DNA from: Anthoceros angustus
Taxonomy: Eukaryota; Plantae; Anthocerotophyta
NCBI GenBank assembly: GCA_010909165.1
Contig: VJWM01000063.1
Coordinates: 248,001-312,000, forward strand
Direction of reading: 5' to 3'
Length of the DNA: 64,000 nucleotides
Part shown: positions 12,670 through 25,151 of the stretch, piece by piece
Layout of the letters: every line of letters starts with the position of its first letter
Position numbering within the stretch: the first letter of the stretch is position 1
Translations under genes and position numbers: made by a program
Notes under the pieces: generated by a model
Databases searched by the model: none
Seen by the model: only the letters and a program-made list of their open reading frames with translations
Told to the model about the DNA's origin: nothing

Positions 12670-15600
12670 CTGTATGCACTCCGTTCTGGTGTATCACAGG
12701 TCCAGGGTGGAGAAGAACTCATCAGCACAATCGTGTACCGCAGTATGTGCCACCAACTCCGAGGAACGTCAACCTATACTCTACATTACAGAGAAGTCCT
12801 CGGGTTCGACCACAAGTCTGTGCTACTGAAACGGTATCAAGGAAGCGGGCGGCTCGAGGCTTGTTCCATGTCCATGACTTGGGAGAGCATCAGGCACATA
12901 GTAATGCAGCTGCAGTGATGAGTTCTCTGCCCGCGAGAGGGAATGCAGTTGCCAGTGCATCCGGCAATGCATAAACTGTTCAGCATGAAGAATTCCAAAC
13001 TCCTATCCAACCGCATGCCAAAGCAACCAAAGTAGTTGATGATGATGCTGAAGTCTTTCAAAATGTCCGACCAGCAACATATCACCGCCGTTATGCGAGG
13101 CGATCACGGTGTAGCCCGGATCTAGTTTTCGGCGGCGGCGGTGTGCCTCAAGGAAGGCGAATGTGCATCATCTTTGGAAGATTCTAGAAAACCATGTTGT
13201 ACCAAACTATGCCTCCCCATCCTCTCAAAAGAAGCATTTCAAGAGGAGCGTCTACGGTTCCTAGATTTGGGAAGAGGAGAGCGGAGAGATACCTAGAGGC
13301 ACTTGTCGGCGGACTTGGAGTCAAGGTCATCGGAAAAGGTTCACACTTATCTCATGCACTCCGTTACGGTGTATCACAGTCGAGGTGGAGAAGAACTCAT
13401 CGACACTGTCGTGTACGGTATGTGCCACCAACTCAGGAACGTCAACCTATACTCTACATTACAGTCCTCGGGTTCGACCACAAGTCCGTAACTCAAACGG
13501 TATCAAGGGCGGCGGCTCGAGGCTTGTTCCATGTCCATGACTTGGGAGAGCATGGGGCACATAATGTTGTTGCGGTGATGAGTTCTCTGCGGAGGAATCA
13601 CGATTGCAGTGCATCCGGCAATGCATAATGAGCATGGAAGAATTCCAAACTCCTATCCAACCGCATGCCAAAGCAACCAGTAGTTGATGATGATCAAGTC
13701 TTTCAAAATGTCCACCAAGAACATATCACCGGCCGTTATGGGGGCGATCACGGTAGCCCTTTGGATCTAGTTTTGAGCGGCGGCGGTGTGCCTCTAAGGA
13801 AGGGCGAATGTGCATCTGTACTGGAAGATTCTAGAAAACCATGTTGTACCAAACTATGCCTCCCCATCCTCTCAAAAGAAGCATTTCAAGAGGAGCGTCT
13901 ACGGTTCCTGGATTTGGGAAGAGGAGAGCAGGAGAGATACCTAGAGGCACTTGTCCGGCCGGACTTGGAGTCAAGGTCATCGGAAAAGGTTCACACTTAT
14001 CTCATGCACCGCGCTCCGGTGAGGTGTTGGTTGAAAGCATTGAGGCATGTATTGCATAGGTTACATGGGTATGAAGAATTGAAGACCCGAGTCCTCCATG
14101 CGCGCCGTGGGATGGGTACAAGTCAAACTCCCACAAAAATCTTCGCACGCCCTTGGTGCACTTGCTTGGATGGACTCGACATTCCTGGGCTGCGGCTTCC
14201 CAATGTTGATGTATACAACTTGCACGATACTTTCACCAAGCTTGAAGTATGGACACTATACAAGCGGGGATGGCGCAAAATGGTTTGCGTTTCATATCGC
14301 TTACTTCCTAAGACTATGGAATCTTTCCGAGGGTGAAAATCCCCAAATCAAATAGGTTCTCGACTTGTTCATTGTCTTGTGGATTGAAGTTTAACATTGA
14401 ACACGGACGTTCGAATTGAGCAAGGTAGGCCTTCTCAACAATCATTCGTTCGTTTTGGTTTCTTCCAACTTGATGGGTGGTGCGGGCATGTCGGCAATGC
14501 AGGCAGCGGGCACGGCACCGGTATCCACAAAGATATTGTGGGGCGCCCGGCGCAGCGTCACATTAATGGCGCGAGCAGCGCGTCCACAAAGATATTGTGG
14601 GCACGCGGCAGCCGGCGCGGCAGCGGCAAACCCCTCTAATATCTTTGTGGGACTGGCGTGCTCGCGCGGTCGGCGCTATGCCCCAGGCGCTGGCCACAGA
14701 CATGGGGGCGCCGGCATGCGGTCACCGTTATCGGGTGGCGCGGCATGCGGCGCCAATGCGAGGTGAGGCGCGGCGAGCGGCGATAATGATGCCCGGCATC
14801 TTGCACGGGATTGGGCCGGTGGCGCCACCACGACGGTGTGGGGCGGCGCAAGTCGGTGCGAATGCAGGTGGGGCGCCGGCATGCGCGCCCACGTGATTGG
14901 CGCGGACGCACCACCATCGACCCGTGCGTGGCCCGGCCGGCCAGCGGCGGTGGGCGGCGGGCACCTCCGCACCCCGTGCCGCCTAACGCAAACTTAATGA
15001 GCCCCGCCATTGTCGCCCTGGCCACGCACCCGATCACGAGCCGAGGCATGGTGCATGCGGGCATGCCTCTCTTTCTTCCGGTGTCTCCCTTATCGGCACG
15101 GGCGTCGCTCTCTCCTCTCAACGGCTCCGTCCGCGCTCCTTTCAACGCCGTCCTTCCGCACGCTCACCGTCTGTGGTCTCAACTGTTTCCCCATCCCTGC
15201 TCTCCTTGCGCGCCAAAACGAACGCGTTTCAAGTATTTATAACCTAGTTCTAAATGAGTTCGAGGAGGAAGCTTGGCCAGATGCGATCGAGCAAGCGGCG
15301 GTAGTCTCTCAAAATTGTGATGTCGTGGATGGAACATTTGCCTCACACTCAAGTCACGGAACCGGGCCAGCATCTTCACCAAGGAGCATTTGTCATAGGC
15401 TCTAGGCAATCATCGAGGAAGATGAAAATGCACATGAATGTGAAGCGCACCCACATTCCTGGCCGAGTAGCAGCTGATTTTATTGCGGGTGAGAAAACAT
15501 AATCTATTACAGATGTTCAAAATGAGCAGACGGTGAGAGTTCGTGATCGAGTGCTTGGTGAGCAGTTGAGACCCAGATGGGTGACCATAAGAGGAGGCGG

Positions 15601-16112
15601 GAGAGATACCTAGAGGCACTTGTCGGCGGACTTGGAGTCAAGGTCATCGGAAAAGGTTCACACTTATCTCATGCACGCGCTCCGGTGAGGTGTTGGTTGA
15701 AAGCATTCAGACGCATGTATTGCATAGGTTCTGTAAGGTATGAAGAATTGAAGACCAGAGTCCTCCGCAATGCGCCGTGGGATGGGTACAAGTCAAACTC
15801 CTGCCAAAAATCTTCGCACGCCCTTGGTGCACTTGCTTGGATGGACTCGACATTCCTGGAACTGGCAGAGCGGCTTCCCAATGTTGATGTATACAACTTG
15901 CCTGATACTTTCACCAAGCTTGAAGTATGGACACTATACAAACGGGGGATGGCGCAAAATGGTTTGCGTTTCATATCATACGCTTACTTCCTAAGACTAT
16001 GGGAACAGATCTTTCCGAGGGTGAAAATCCCCAAATCAAATAGGTTCTCGACTTGTTCATTGTGCGCTGGATTGAAGTTTAACATTCGGAACACGGACGT
16101 TCGAATTGAGCA
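12670..16112 (+). mobile_element. Sola-like (DUF7869-type) DNA transposase N-terminal half, present as several overlapping noisy copies (best: 13665-14411 and 15577-16112)
   Basis: KPCCTKLCL...EERLRF...RYL, VRCWLKAFRRMYCIG, AWMDSTF..LAERLPN....LP..FTK..VW..Y, ISYAYFLRLWEQIFPRVKIPKSNRFSTCSLC: the CCxxxC / C..AF...Y.IG / PKxxxxxxCxxC series seen in Sola1-like transposases. GT donor after IEQ. The DDD catalytic part is not visible. Confidence 0.6.
14525..14650. repeat. Spaced 17-bp palindromes CCACAA-AGATA-TTGTGG
   Basis: Copies at 14525-14541 and 14584-14600, inverted partial at 14637-14650. Duplicated at 16220, 16284 and 16351. Confidence 0.8.
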
Positions 16113-17464
16113 AGGTAGGCCTTCTCAACAATCATTCGTGTTCGTTTTTGGTTTCTTCAATGATGGGTGGTGCGGGCTGGGCATGCTGCAGGCATGCGGG
16201 CATGCGGCACTGCCGGTGTCCACAAAGATATTGTGGGGCGCTGACGCGTCCGCAGCCATGTGTGTGGCGGCGGGCGCGCGCGTCCACAAAGATATTGTGG
16301 AGCAAGACGCGGCGGCGACAGCGTCCGGCAGCCGTGACGCAAACTCCCTCTAATATCTTTGTGGGCCGGCTCTGCGCCCGCTGGGCGGTGGCCTTTATGC
16401 CCCACAGGGGCGCCGACCATTGAGCATGGTCGTGGGAAATCAGCTGCGTGTCGGTGGCGCCATGCCGAGCGATAGGGCGCCGGCTGGCGATAATACAGGG
16501 GCAGACCCGGCCCACGGCCCCGGATTACGCCACGCCACCTGATGTGGGGCGGCGCAAGTCGGTGCCGGGAATACGGTGGCGCGGCATGCCGCGCCCACGT
16601 GATTGGGCGCCGGACGCACCACCATCGACCCGTGCAGAAAGGCCACGGCCGCGGTGGGCCTCAGTGCACCTCCCACCCCGTCAGGCTACACGCCCTTAAT
16701 GAGCCACTGCATCGCCTGTGTACGCACCCGATCACGGAGAGGCATGAGGCGGCGTGCGGGCATGCCTCTCTTTCTTCGGTCTCCCTTATCGGCAGAGGCG
16801 TCCGCCTCTCCTCTCAACGCTCCGTCCGCGCTCCTTTCAACGCCGTCCTTCCGCACGCTCACCGTCTGTGGTCTCAACTGTTTCCCCATCCCTGCTCGTT
16901 CCTTGCGCGCCAAAACGAACGTTTCAAGTATTTATAACCTAGTTCTAAAGGCGTGAGTTCGAGGAGGAAGCTTGACGGCACGATCGAGCAAGCGGCTGAG
17001 TCTCTCCAAAATTGTGATGTCAGTGGATGGAACATTTGCCTCACACTCACGGAAGGCAAGCATCTTCACCAAAGGATGTCATAGGCTCTAGGCAATCATC
17101 GAGGAAGATGAAAATGCACATGAATGTGAAGCGCACACATTCCTCGTTGTGTAGGCTGATTTTATTGCGGGTGAGAAAACATAATCTATTACAGATATTC
17201 AAAATGAACAGAGAGTGAGAGTTCGTGATCGAAAGTGCTTGGTGAGCAATTGAGACCCAGATGGGTGACCATAAGAGGAGGCGGACGGGCCGTTGAGAGG
17301 AGGCATTTGAAAAGAAAGAAGCATGCCGCATGTCGGCCTCATGCCTCTCGGTTGCATAGTGCGTGGGCACCGGTGATGCGAATGGCGGGGCTCATTAAGT
17401 TTGCGTTAGCCTTAGGCGGCGCTCCGGCACACCCGGTAGCAGGCGCCGTCCTCCTCGGCCCGTC

Positions 17465-18256
17465 GCCTAAGGCTAACGCAAACTTAATGAGCGTCACGCC
17501 CCTGTGGCCACGCACCCGATGCAGCCGAGGCATGAGGCCGGCATGCGGGCATGCCTCTTCCGGTGTCTCAAACAGCTGGTCCTCTCAACGGCTCCTCTCT
17601 CCTCTCAACGGCTCCGTCCGCGCTCCTTTCAACGCCGTCCCACTTTGCTCACCGTCTGTGGTCTCAACTGTTTCCCCATCCCTGTTCTCGTTCCTTATGC
17701 GCGCCAAGCAAACGTTTCAAGTATTTATAACCCGTTCTAATGCGCTCGATTCGGAGGAAGCTTGGCCAGATGCGATCGAGCTTGTAGTCTCTCCAAAATT
17801 GTGATGTCGGAATGGAACATTTGCCTCACACTCAAGTGCGAACCGGGCGCATCTTCACCAAAGGAGCATTTGTCATAGGGCATGTAGGCAATCATCGAGG
17901 AAGATGAAAATGCACATGAATGTGAAGCGCATTCCTGCTGACCGTGTAGCTGATTTTATTGCAGGTGAGAAAACATAATCTATTACAGTATGTTCAAAAT
18001 GAACAGGACAGTGAGAGTTCGTGATCGAGTGCTTGGTGAACAGATTGAGACCAGAGATGGGTGACCATAAAGAGGAGCGCGGACGGGCCGTTGAGAGGAG
18101 CGACGACGGACGCCCCGTTGCCGGAAAAGGAGACGGCGGAAAGAAAGAGAAGCATGCCCGCATGCCGGCCTCATGCCTCTCGGCTCTGCATCGGGGTGCG
18201 TGACCACACGGGCGATACGAATGGCAGGGCTCATTAAGTTTGCGTTAGCCTTAGGC
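17465..18256. mobile_element. Fold-back/MITE-like element with long terminal inverted repeats; noisy copies at ~14975-15600 and ~16685-17417
   Basis: GCCTAAGGCTAACGCAAACTTAATGAGC (17465-17492) is the exact reverse complement of 18229-18256. Inner IR ctcctctcaacggctccgtccgcgctcct pairs with aggagcgcggacgggccgttgagaggag. Non-coding core. Confidence 0.65.
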
Positions 18257-18267
18257 AGACGGGCTCC

Positions 18268-18362
18268 GGCGCACCCCAGCGCGGGGCGCCGTCCTCCTCC
18301 GGCGCACCCCAGCGTGGGGCGCCGTCCTCCTCCGGCGCACCCCAGCGCGGGGCGCCGTCCTC
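18268..18362. repeat. 33-bp GC-rich tandem repeat x3
   Basis: ggcgcaccccagcgcggggcgccgtcctcctcc at 18268, 18301 and 18334. Confidence 0.85.
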
Positions 18363-18599
18363 CTGGCGCCCGCTAGATGGGGGCGCCGGCATGTCTGGGT
18401 CCGTCTCGACGTTTTTCTCTGTGAATCTCGTAATATACATACACGGAGCCTCAAATAGAAGTCGTCCACTGCCAGATTGAGTACAAAACAGACTTGGTGA
18501 TCCCGATCAAGGACTCGCCCGCTACTACTCACGCGAAGCTGCCAAAAGTTGAGTGAACGTAGTGCCGTAATATATCGCCGGTGTCGCGGATTTCTACCC

Positions 18600-21500
18600 C
18601 TACAACTCGACTTCGGCCAACCTGTCCTCTGAAGCTGCAGTTGCCAGTTTTTTTGGCAACTGCTTTTCCGTTTCCCCTAATCTAACTGTGCCGGCATCAC
18701 CGTTGTCCCGGGCTCGTAAGTTGAGCTCCCTCTGTTTAGAGGTCTTCCTCCCCGTCTCTGTGCCAATGCTTGCGTCAGTCCGCCTTGTCCTCTTTACTCC
18801 CTCCGCGCGGGGTTGATCAGACTTCTTCGTCCCCGCACTTTGCTTCGTCCTCTTCGCTGCTCCCTCTCCCTCTGCTGCAGCTCGGGGTTGATCAGACTTG
18901 ATCCTTGTTTTTTTCTCTCCTTCTCCATCTGCTACCACTGGGGGTTGATCAGACTTGATCCTTGTTTTTTTCTCTCCTTCTCCATCTGCTACCACTGGGG
19001 GTTGATCAGACTTGATCCTTGTTTCTTTCTCTCCTTCTCCATCTGCTACCACTGGAGATTGATCAGCCTTGATCCTTGTTTTCTTCTCTCCTTCCCCATC
19101 TGCTACCATTGGGGGTTGAACAGACTTGATCCTTGTTTTCTTCTCTCCTTCTCCGTCTGCTACCAATGGGGGATGATGAGACTTGATCCTTGTTTTCTTC
19201 TCTCCTTCTCCATCTGCTACCAATGGGGCTTGATCAGACGTGTCTGTCCCCAAGCTTGTCTCACTTTGCTTCCTTTCTTCGGCTACCCCTGCGGGTTGAT
19301 CAGTCTGTCTTGTCCACACACGTGGATCACTTTGCTTCGGTTTCTTCTCCCCCTCTCCCCCGGCTGGTTGCTCGGGTGGCTCTGCAGGGAGAAGGGCTCG
19401 TCTACTCACCCGCAGCTGGCCTCGGGCATTGATCTGTAAATAAAGATGGTGCTTAGATCGGTTTCCACAAGACCGTGATGTGCATCAGGCTAGCGAGCAA
19501 GGACGTGTCAATTCACGGAAAAGGGAAGGAAGAACCTCAATCAGTTTGACATCTAAGCGATCACCCTCGTTTGCAACCTGCACAACATCAAAATCGCAGC
19601 AGGGGTTCAATATGTTAACAGACGACCTAGATCGCACTCAGAATGGAATTCACACTAAGAGGTACACACATCCTCGACTCTTGCAACCCGCCTCGTGCTC
19701 AGCTCGCTGATATGCAACAGTGCCTGCAACGGTCATCGTGTAGTTAGCAGTGTGTACGACCATGAAGCACAACAACCTTGCGAGAAACTGTATCACTTTG
19801 AAGGCGCATATAATGTATACACCTCACGTCCTGGAGCCAGTTCAACAAAGCAACCAAATGCGATAACTCTCTTCACGACACAGTTCCTGCAAAAACAAAG
19901 CTCATTCATTGTTCAGGTTCTTGCAGAGACACAACTAGTCCAGGAAGCACAAACAGTTTCACCAAACGAGATACCTGTATATCTGTCCAATAACAGGAAC
20001 CATTGTGAGCCCAGCTATTCTTGCTTTGGCGAGCAACAAGGATTCAGTGGATTTACCGCAGATAGATATCTGAGACACCAGACATTGGTCAGGCAAGATC
20101 CGGAAAAATTTGCCTGCATTTTTTAATGAAAGGGGCCATACTTACTGAGCCATCATCTTCTATGTCAATAGTATCCACCCCCGTCTCTTCAATGATACCC
20201 TTGACAGTTTTCCCACCAGGACCAATTACTATGTTCAACTTGTCCGAATCCACCTGCACCGTATGGAAAAGTTAATCGATGGCCAGGATAGCTCTGCTCA
20301 TATGCTATTGAAAACAGGTGTTCAGGCCTGGTATTCTTCGTATGTACCTTCATCATTTCAATTAAAGGGGCATATTTGGAAAGTGATCTTGCGGGTGGTG
20401 GAGAGCTTTTTGTCATCTCGGCTGCACCAGACGAGTACTGTCATCAGAACTTCCTGGTTTCAACCACAGCGGTGCTTTTATTTCTAGAATCAGCTAAAGC
20501 ATAATCCCACCAAGAATATGTTGTCTTCCTATCTTGGCTTGGGCAAGGGCCTTCTCTAAAATCTTTAAACTGATCCCTTCCACCTACATCACCAAACAGT
20601 CTGCTTTCTTCTGCTGCCATGGTACATAACAGACTTCCACAACGGACAACCCACACAGCACAGCGCTCACTCACCTTAATGTCCATTTGAAAAGCAGTTA
20701 TGCCAACTTCGTTCCCAGCAATCTGCACAGGACAATGAGTATCAATATGTCCGCAAACAGAAAGTAAAACCAGTAACTCTTAGGAACTCGCAGAAATAAC
20801 TAACCTTGAAATCCATATCACCCAACGCATCTTCTGAACCAAGAATGTCAGTCAAGATCACTGGTTCCCCATCACCCCCACACTCTCGTGTTTTAAGTAT
20901 CAGACCCATAGCCACTCCAGCAATGGGACCTTTTAAGGGAATACCAGCATCCAGCATCGCCAGGCAACCACCACAAACAGACGCCATGCTGAAAGACAAG
21001 GTAACAGCTGAAACGATGCAGGAAATATGCGAATTCATTGTGCAATGACAAAAGCTGCAGCATACTCAGTACAGCCATTTACCGTATAGGAGAAGCCAAC
21101 AATCTCACAACCAGCAAACCAGTTCACAACTGTGAGAAAGCACAAGGTTCGAACCTGGAGGATCCATTGCTCTCTGTGATTGTGCTTTCTACCCTGATTG
21201 TGTACGGGAACTCTATCTCTGATGGGAGAACTGGCTCAAGTGCCCTTTCGGCAAGGGTCCCATGTCCTATTTCTCGCCTTGTAGGTGCACCAATTCGTCC
21301 AGTTTCACCCACACACGAGGGGGGAAATGTATACTACAATCACGGATGACAGAATGTGGCAAAAGTTAGTGTTTGAAGACGCTTTCAGTAGTCATCATGC
21401 TCAAGCCAAACCCAGATTCCTCTAGAACAATGCCAGTTTGCTTATTTTCAGTTCAGAAGTCCACACGCGAACCCCATAATTCGCCCCTGCATAGCTGATG

Positions 21501-24500
21501 GCAGACGGGGTAACAAACCTGCAAATAGAAACGTTTGATGTCCTCAGTGTTATTGAGATTGTCAAGTCTTTGCCCCATGTCATTTCCTCCCAGGGTTACC
21601 ACAGCCAATGCCTGCGTGCAATCCAATAATGCCGTCAGAGGGAGGCTCTAAATTCTCTAACCCGTGAGTGAGCTAAACAAGCACAGTCAGCACCTGAGTC
21701 TCTCCTCGGGTGAACAGCGCACTTCCATGTGCACGTGGGAGGAGACCACAGAGACTTTGAATTGGACGGACCTGCGTCACGCCTCTGCCATCGCTTCGCA
21801 ACCCTTTCTATACAGACGAAAAAAATAACAATGGATCCCAACCATTTCACACAGGATTGAATACGCACGCACTTGCAGGGGTCTCCATATCTTTCAATGC
21901 AAAGGACAGACCTGTACAATGAGTTCACGCATGACCTTTGATGAAACCTCTTTGAAAACCGTCTTCACATCAACTGGATCAAAGCGCTGAGAAACATGCG
22001 ACACTGTGTAAGGAAAGAAGCCCCTACGCAGATCATGATAGAGGCTGAGAGCAAACAGCTTAAATGGCAAACTTTTCCAGGCTGGGCTAAGACCTACGTA
22101 TTACACACCTGGGTGATCGGCCTCCTCAAAACCGGCTTCACATGAACATCACCTTCATCTACTTCTCCATCTTCCACAACTAATTCTTCATCTTCCTCCT
22201 CATCCCACACCGCATCTCGTTCATCATCTTTATTTGCCACTTGGTCTAGTCCATCCTCTGCTAGAGCAGTAAGAATCTTCTGCTCTAAGACCCCTATAGC
22301 TGCTGCACGTGCTTTCTTCCCCTTTATTTGCAAGGCACTTGCAAGCTTCTCCCCGAAAAGGTCCTAGTAGCAAAAATTTCACATAAAGAAACTTCTCACC
22401 AGAATGTAGATAGCTCTGAATTTAGTTGGAAGGTAGGTGTAGTACCTGAATGTAACCCTCGATCACCGTGGGTGGAAGAGATATTGCATCTAAATTTTTT
22501 TTCTTGCCAAATTTGCTCGCAAAATTTTCTAGCTCCCCACAAATTTTGGAAATTGCTTGCTGCCCCACCCAACCATAGTCACAAACTTTACCGGTCTGGA
22601 ACTGACCCAAGTGCTTGCTTCTAGAAACCAGAAGTTGATGCAAAGATGCCAACATGCAGGGCAGCTGAGAAAATACACTGCAAGGATTCTACGATCATCA
22701 CTCACGGAGACCACTATTTGCTTACCTGCCCGACTTCGACAGCTGTCAAGAGCTGCTCCTCGGTCAAAAATTCGCAATAGCCCTGAAGCACAAGATAAAC
22801 ATTACATGCTGCTTTCCAGGAGCCTGCAATCAGCCACACCTATGCCTAGGACAAGAGCCGAACAATCAGACCTACCTCAATCATGAGTACCGCCTCTGAT
22901 GTTCCCGCTAAAACTAGGTCAAGTTTAGAAAGACTGAGCTGCTGCACAGTCGGGTTAACCACATATGCACCATCGATGTAGCCAACTCGAACACCCGCAA
23001 CTGCCCTTTCAAATGGGATGTCTGACAAAGCCCTGGCAAAACAGAAGGAAGCTCTCAGAGCAAGGCACGACAAGCCAACGAGAGAAAGGTCCACGCAGGA
23101 GCCAGACCCACATCACATTCACTGCAAGTACACAACGGACTCGAGAGGGTGTGACAGAAGGGAGAGCAGAGGACTGACTCACAGGGCTGCACCGGCAGAA
23201 GTGATTGCCAACGGTTCTGGAGCGTGCACACCATCATAACTCAAAACCTTCAAGAAAGCAGCGTGAGGAGCACAGCCCTTTGTCAGTGCTACAGGTGGAC
23301 CCTCAAACTTGCAGCCATAGCTGGACACAAGTCAACTAGTCTGTCAAATCGAGCTGGAGAAGGCATTGGGTCCGCTTTGAGGAGCATACGCACCCAAACC
23401 AGCACTTGAGTCTCGTAGTTGAAGCCCTTTGCTATGAGGGGCCTGATGGGTCTGTCAATGAGCCTGCAGACAAGGATCTGTTGAAACCAAAACCCAATAC
23501 ATTCAAAATCAATCCAGACTTGGGAAGAGCTGCTACGACGGAAAATAATCTCCACACTGGGCTGGTGTGCTCACCTCGTTCTCCCGAGCTCTCCCTTCCC
23601 TTTTTATGAATCCACCACTGGGCACATTCCAAGAAAAGTGATCCAACATCCTCAGAGGGGGCGCCGATCCTCCAGAATTCAAATAACAGCGAAACACACA
23701 CGCACGAAGGGATGGTGAGGTACCTGGTCCGGCCAGCTGCAGATAATCTCTCCTGGTACTGGACTGTGAGAGGCACGAAGTCTGAGGGCTCAGTCGGGTC
23801 TGTAGATGCACAAACCGTGGTGTAAACAATCTGCAGCAGAGCGGAGGGACTCAGTAACAATAGACAGGATGAGCTCCCTCCTGCCAGCAACGCAGGTCGC
23901 TCTGGTCAAGAAATGGAACTGGTGGGTCCGAATAATTTTCGGAGGAGAGGTGGGTGCTGAGCAAAACTCACGGTCTCGCCATCCGATACGGTGACTGCGC
24001 CATTTGCCTGGCGGCCGATAAGCCCTGTCTCGATGATGACCTGCCAACTCCAAGAGTGCACTCAGATAAAGCTGCATTGCGGCGCGCAAGCTGGAGACGG
24101 AGGTGAATGCGAATGGGAATCAGGCAGCAGGAGCAGGAGCAGGACGAGACGCAATTCAGTCTCACCTCTCGGTCCCCGAACGGAATGGAGAGGGAAATGG
24201 GCGACAGAATGGGGGATTCAGGGGCGTGCACTCCGGAGGAGACCCGGAAGGGATGCACGGGAGGAGTAGGAGTGGGAGTGTCAACGTCGGCAGAGTTGAG
24301 GCTGGCACTCCTGGCAGCCCAGCAGCTGAGGCGGAGTGGTGGGCGGGAGCCCAGGCCCAGGCCCAGGCCAAGGCGGGCGGCGGAGGGGGCAGAAAATGCG
24401 GGTGCGCCCAGGGACAGGAATCCCAATCCCACTCCCAATCCCAGCCCGCAGCAGGCAGTCGGCGGCGGAGTGGAGAGCGAGCCCACCCCCCTGCAGGAAC

Positions 24501-24516
24501 AGGAGCAGTCCCACAT
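18600..24516 (-). CDS. PNP1: Polyribonucleotide nucleotidyltransferase (PNPase), chloroplastic; ~20+ exons
   Basis: Transit-peptide-like exon 1, then GT-AG exons [110 protein letters not shown] ([11 protein letters not shown]), S1 ending [12 protein letters not shown]. Also the acidic [16 protein letters not shown] insert typical of the plastid isoform. Confidence 0.95.
18870..19240 (-). repeat. Coding 57-bp minisatellite (19-aa [19 protein letters not shown], ~6-7 copies) in last PNPase exon
   Basis: Repeat lies in frame in exon 19433-18600 (acceptor tttacag|atcaatgcc). Confidence 0.85.
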
Positions 24517-25151
24517 GGTTGCCTGCCTCGTCGCGCTGCTGCCACTCTGCTGTCACATGTGTAGGAACGTAGACGCTTGCTTGCCTCTGCTCATGTTTTA
24601 CGAGAGCCTTGTCTGGGTGAGCTTCTGCCTTCTCATCCGTGGGTGGCTGCCCGCTCCCTGCTCTTGCTGGCCCCTTTCACACGTACACGGAGACATCCAT
24701 AAACGTTACGGATTGACGGGGGACCTACTCCCTTTTTGTTTTGAAGATAGGAGGGGCGCACGTCTATGGCCATTACAATTAGGATTATCACAGAAAGCTC
24801 TGGAGTGTAAGAACCTGGCGTGGGAGTTCGTCGCCCTCATAAAAATGTGGTAGTTTTGACGTGCTTGTGTTATGGAAACGGAGAATATATAGGTATGTGC
24901 ATAAACATATCTTTGAGAGTTTGCCCGCCACCTCTCACAACGTGATATGTTTGTGGGGGTCCTTGGCGCCCCTACCAGTACTCTGGTAAGGGTCGGGGAG
25001 GTTGAAAAGCGTCCCTTCTAACATGGATTTCCAGGATTTAGGCGTAGAAGCCTTTAGCATTGATAATCCTGCACATCTTGTAGTAATGTGAGTGCAAAAT
25101 GGCCCACGTTAAACCCTCATCTATGGCCAGGAAGTGGAGAGAATGAATAGT

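Noticed and set aside
14525-14650. Palindrome-spacer pattern as mini-CRISPR
   Set aside because: Only 2-3 units, one inverted; spacers are related GC-rich sequence in a noisy region.
7740-18440. Defined TIRs/TSD for the MTase-transposase element
   Set aside because: Candidate ends near 7745 and 18420 do not form a convincing inverted pair by eye; boundaries left open.
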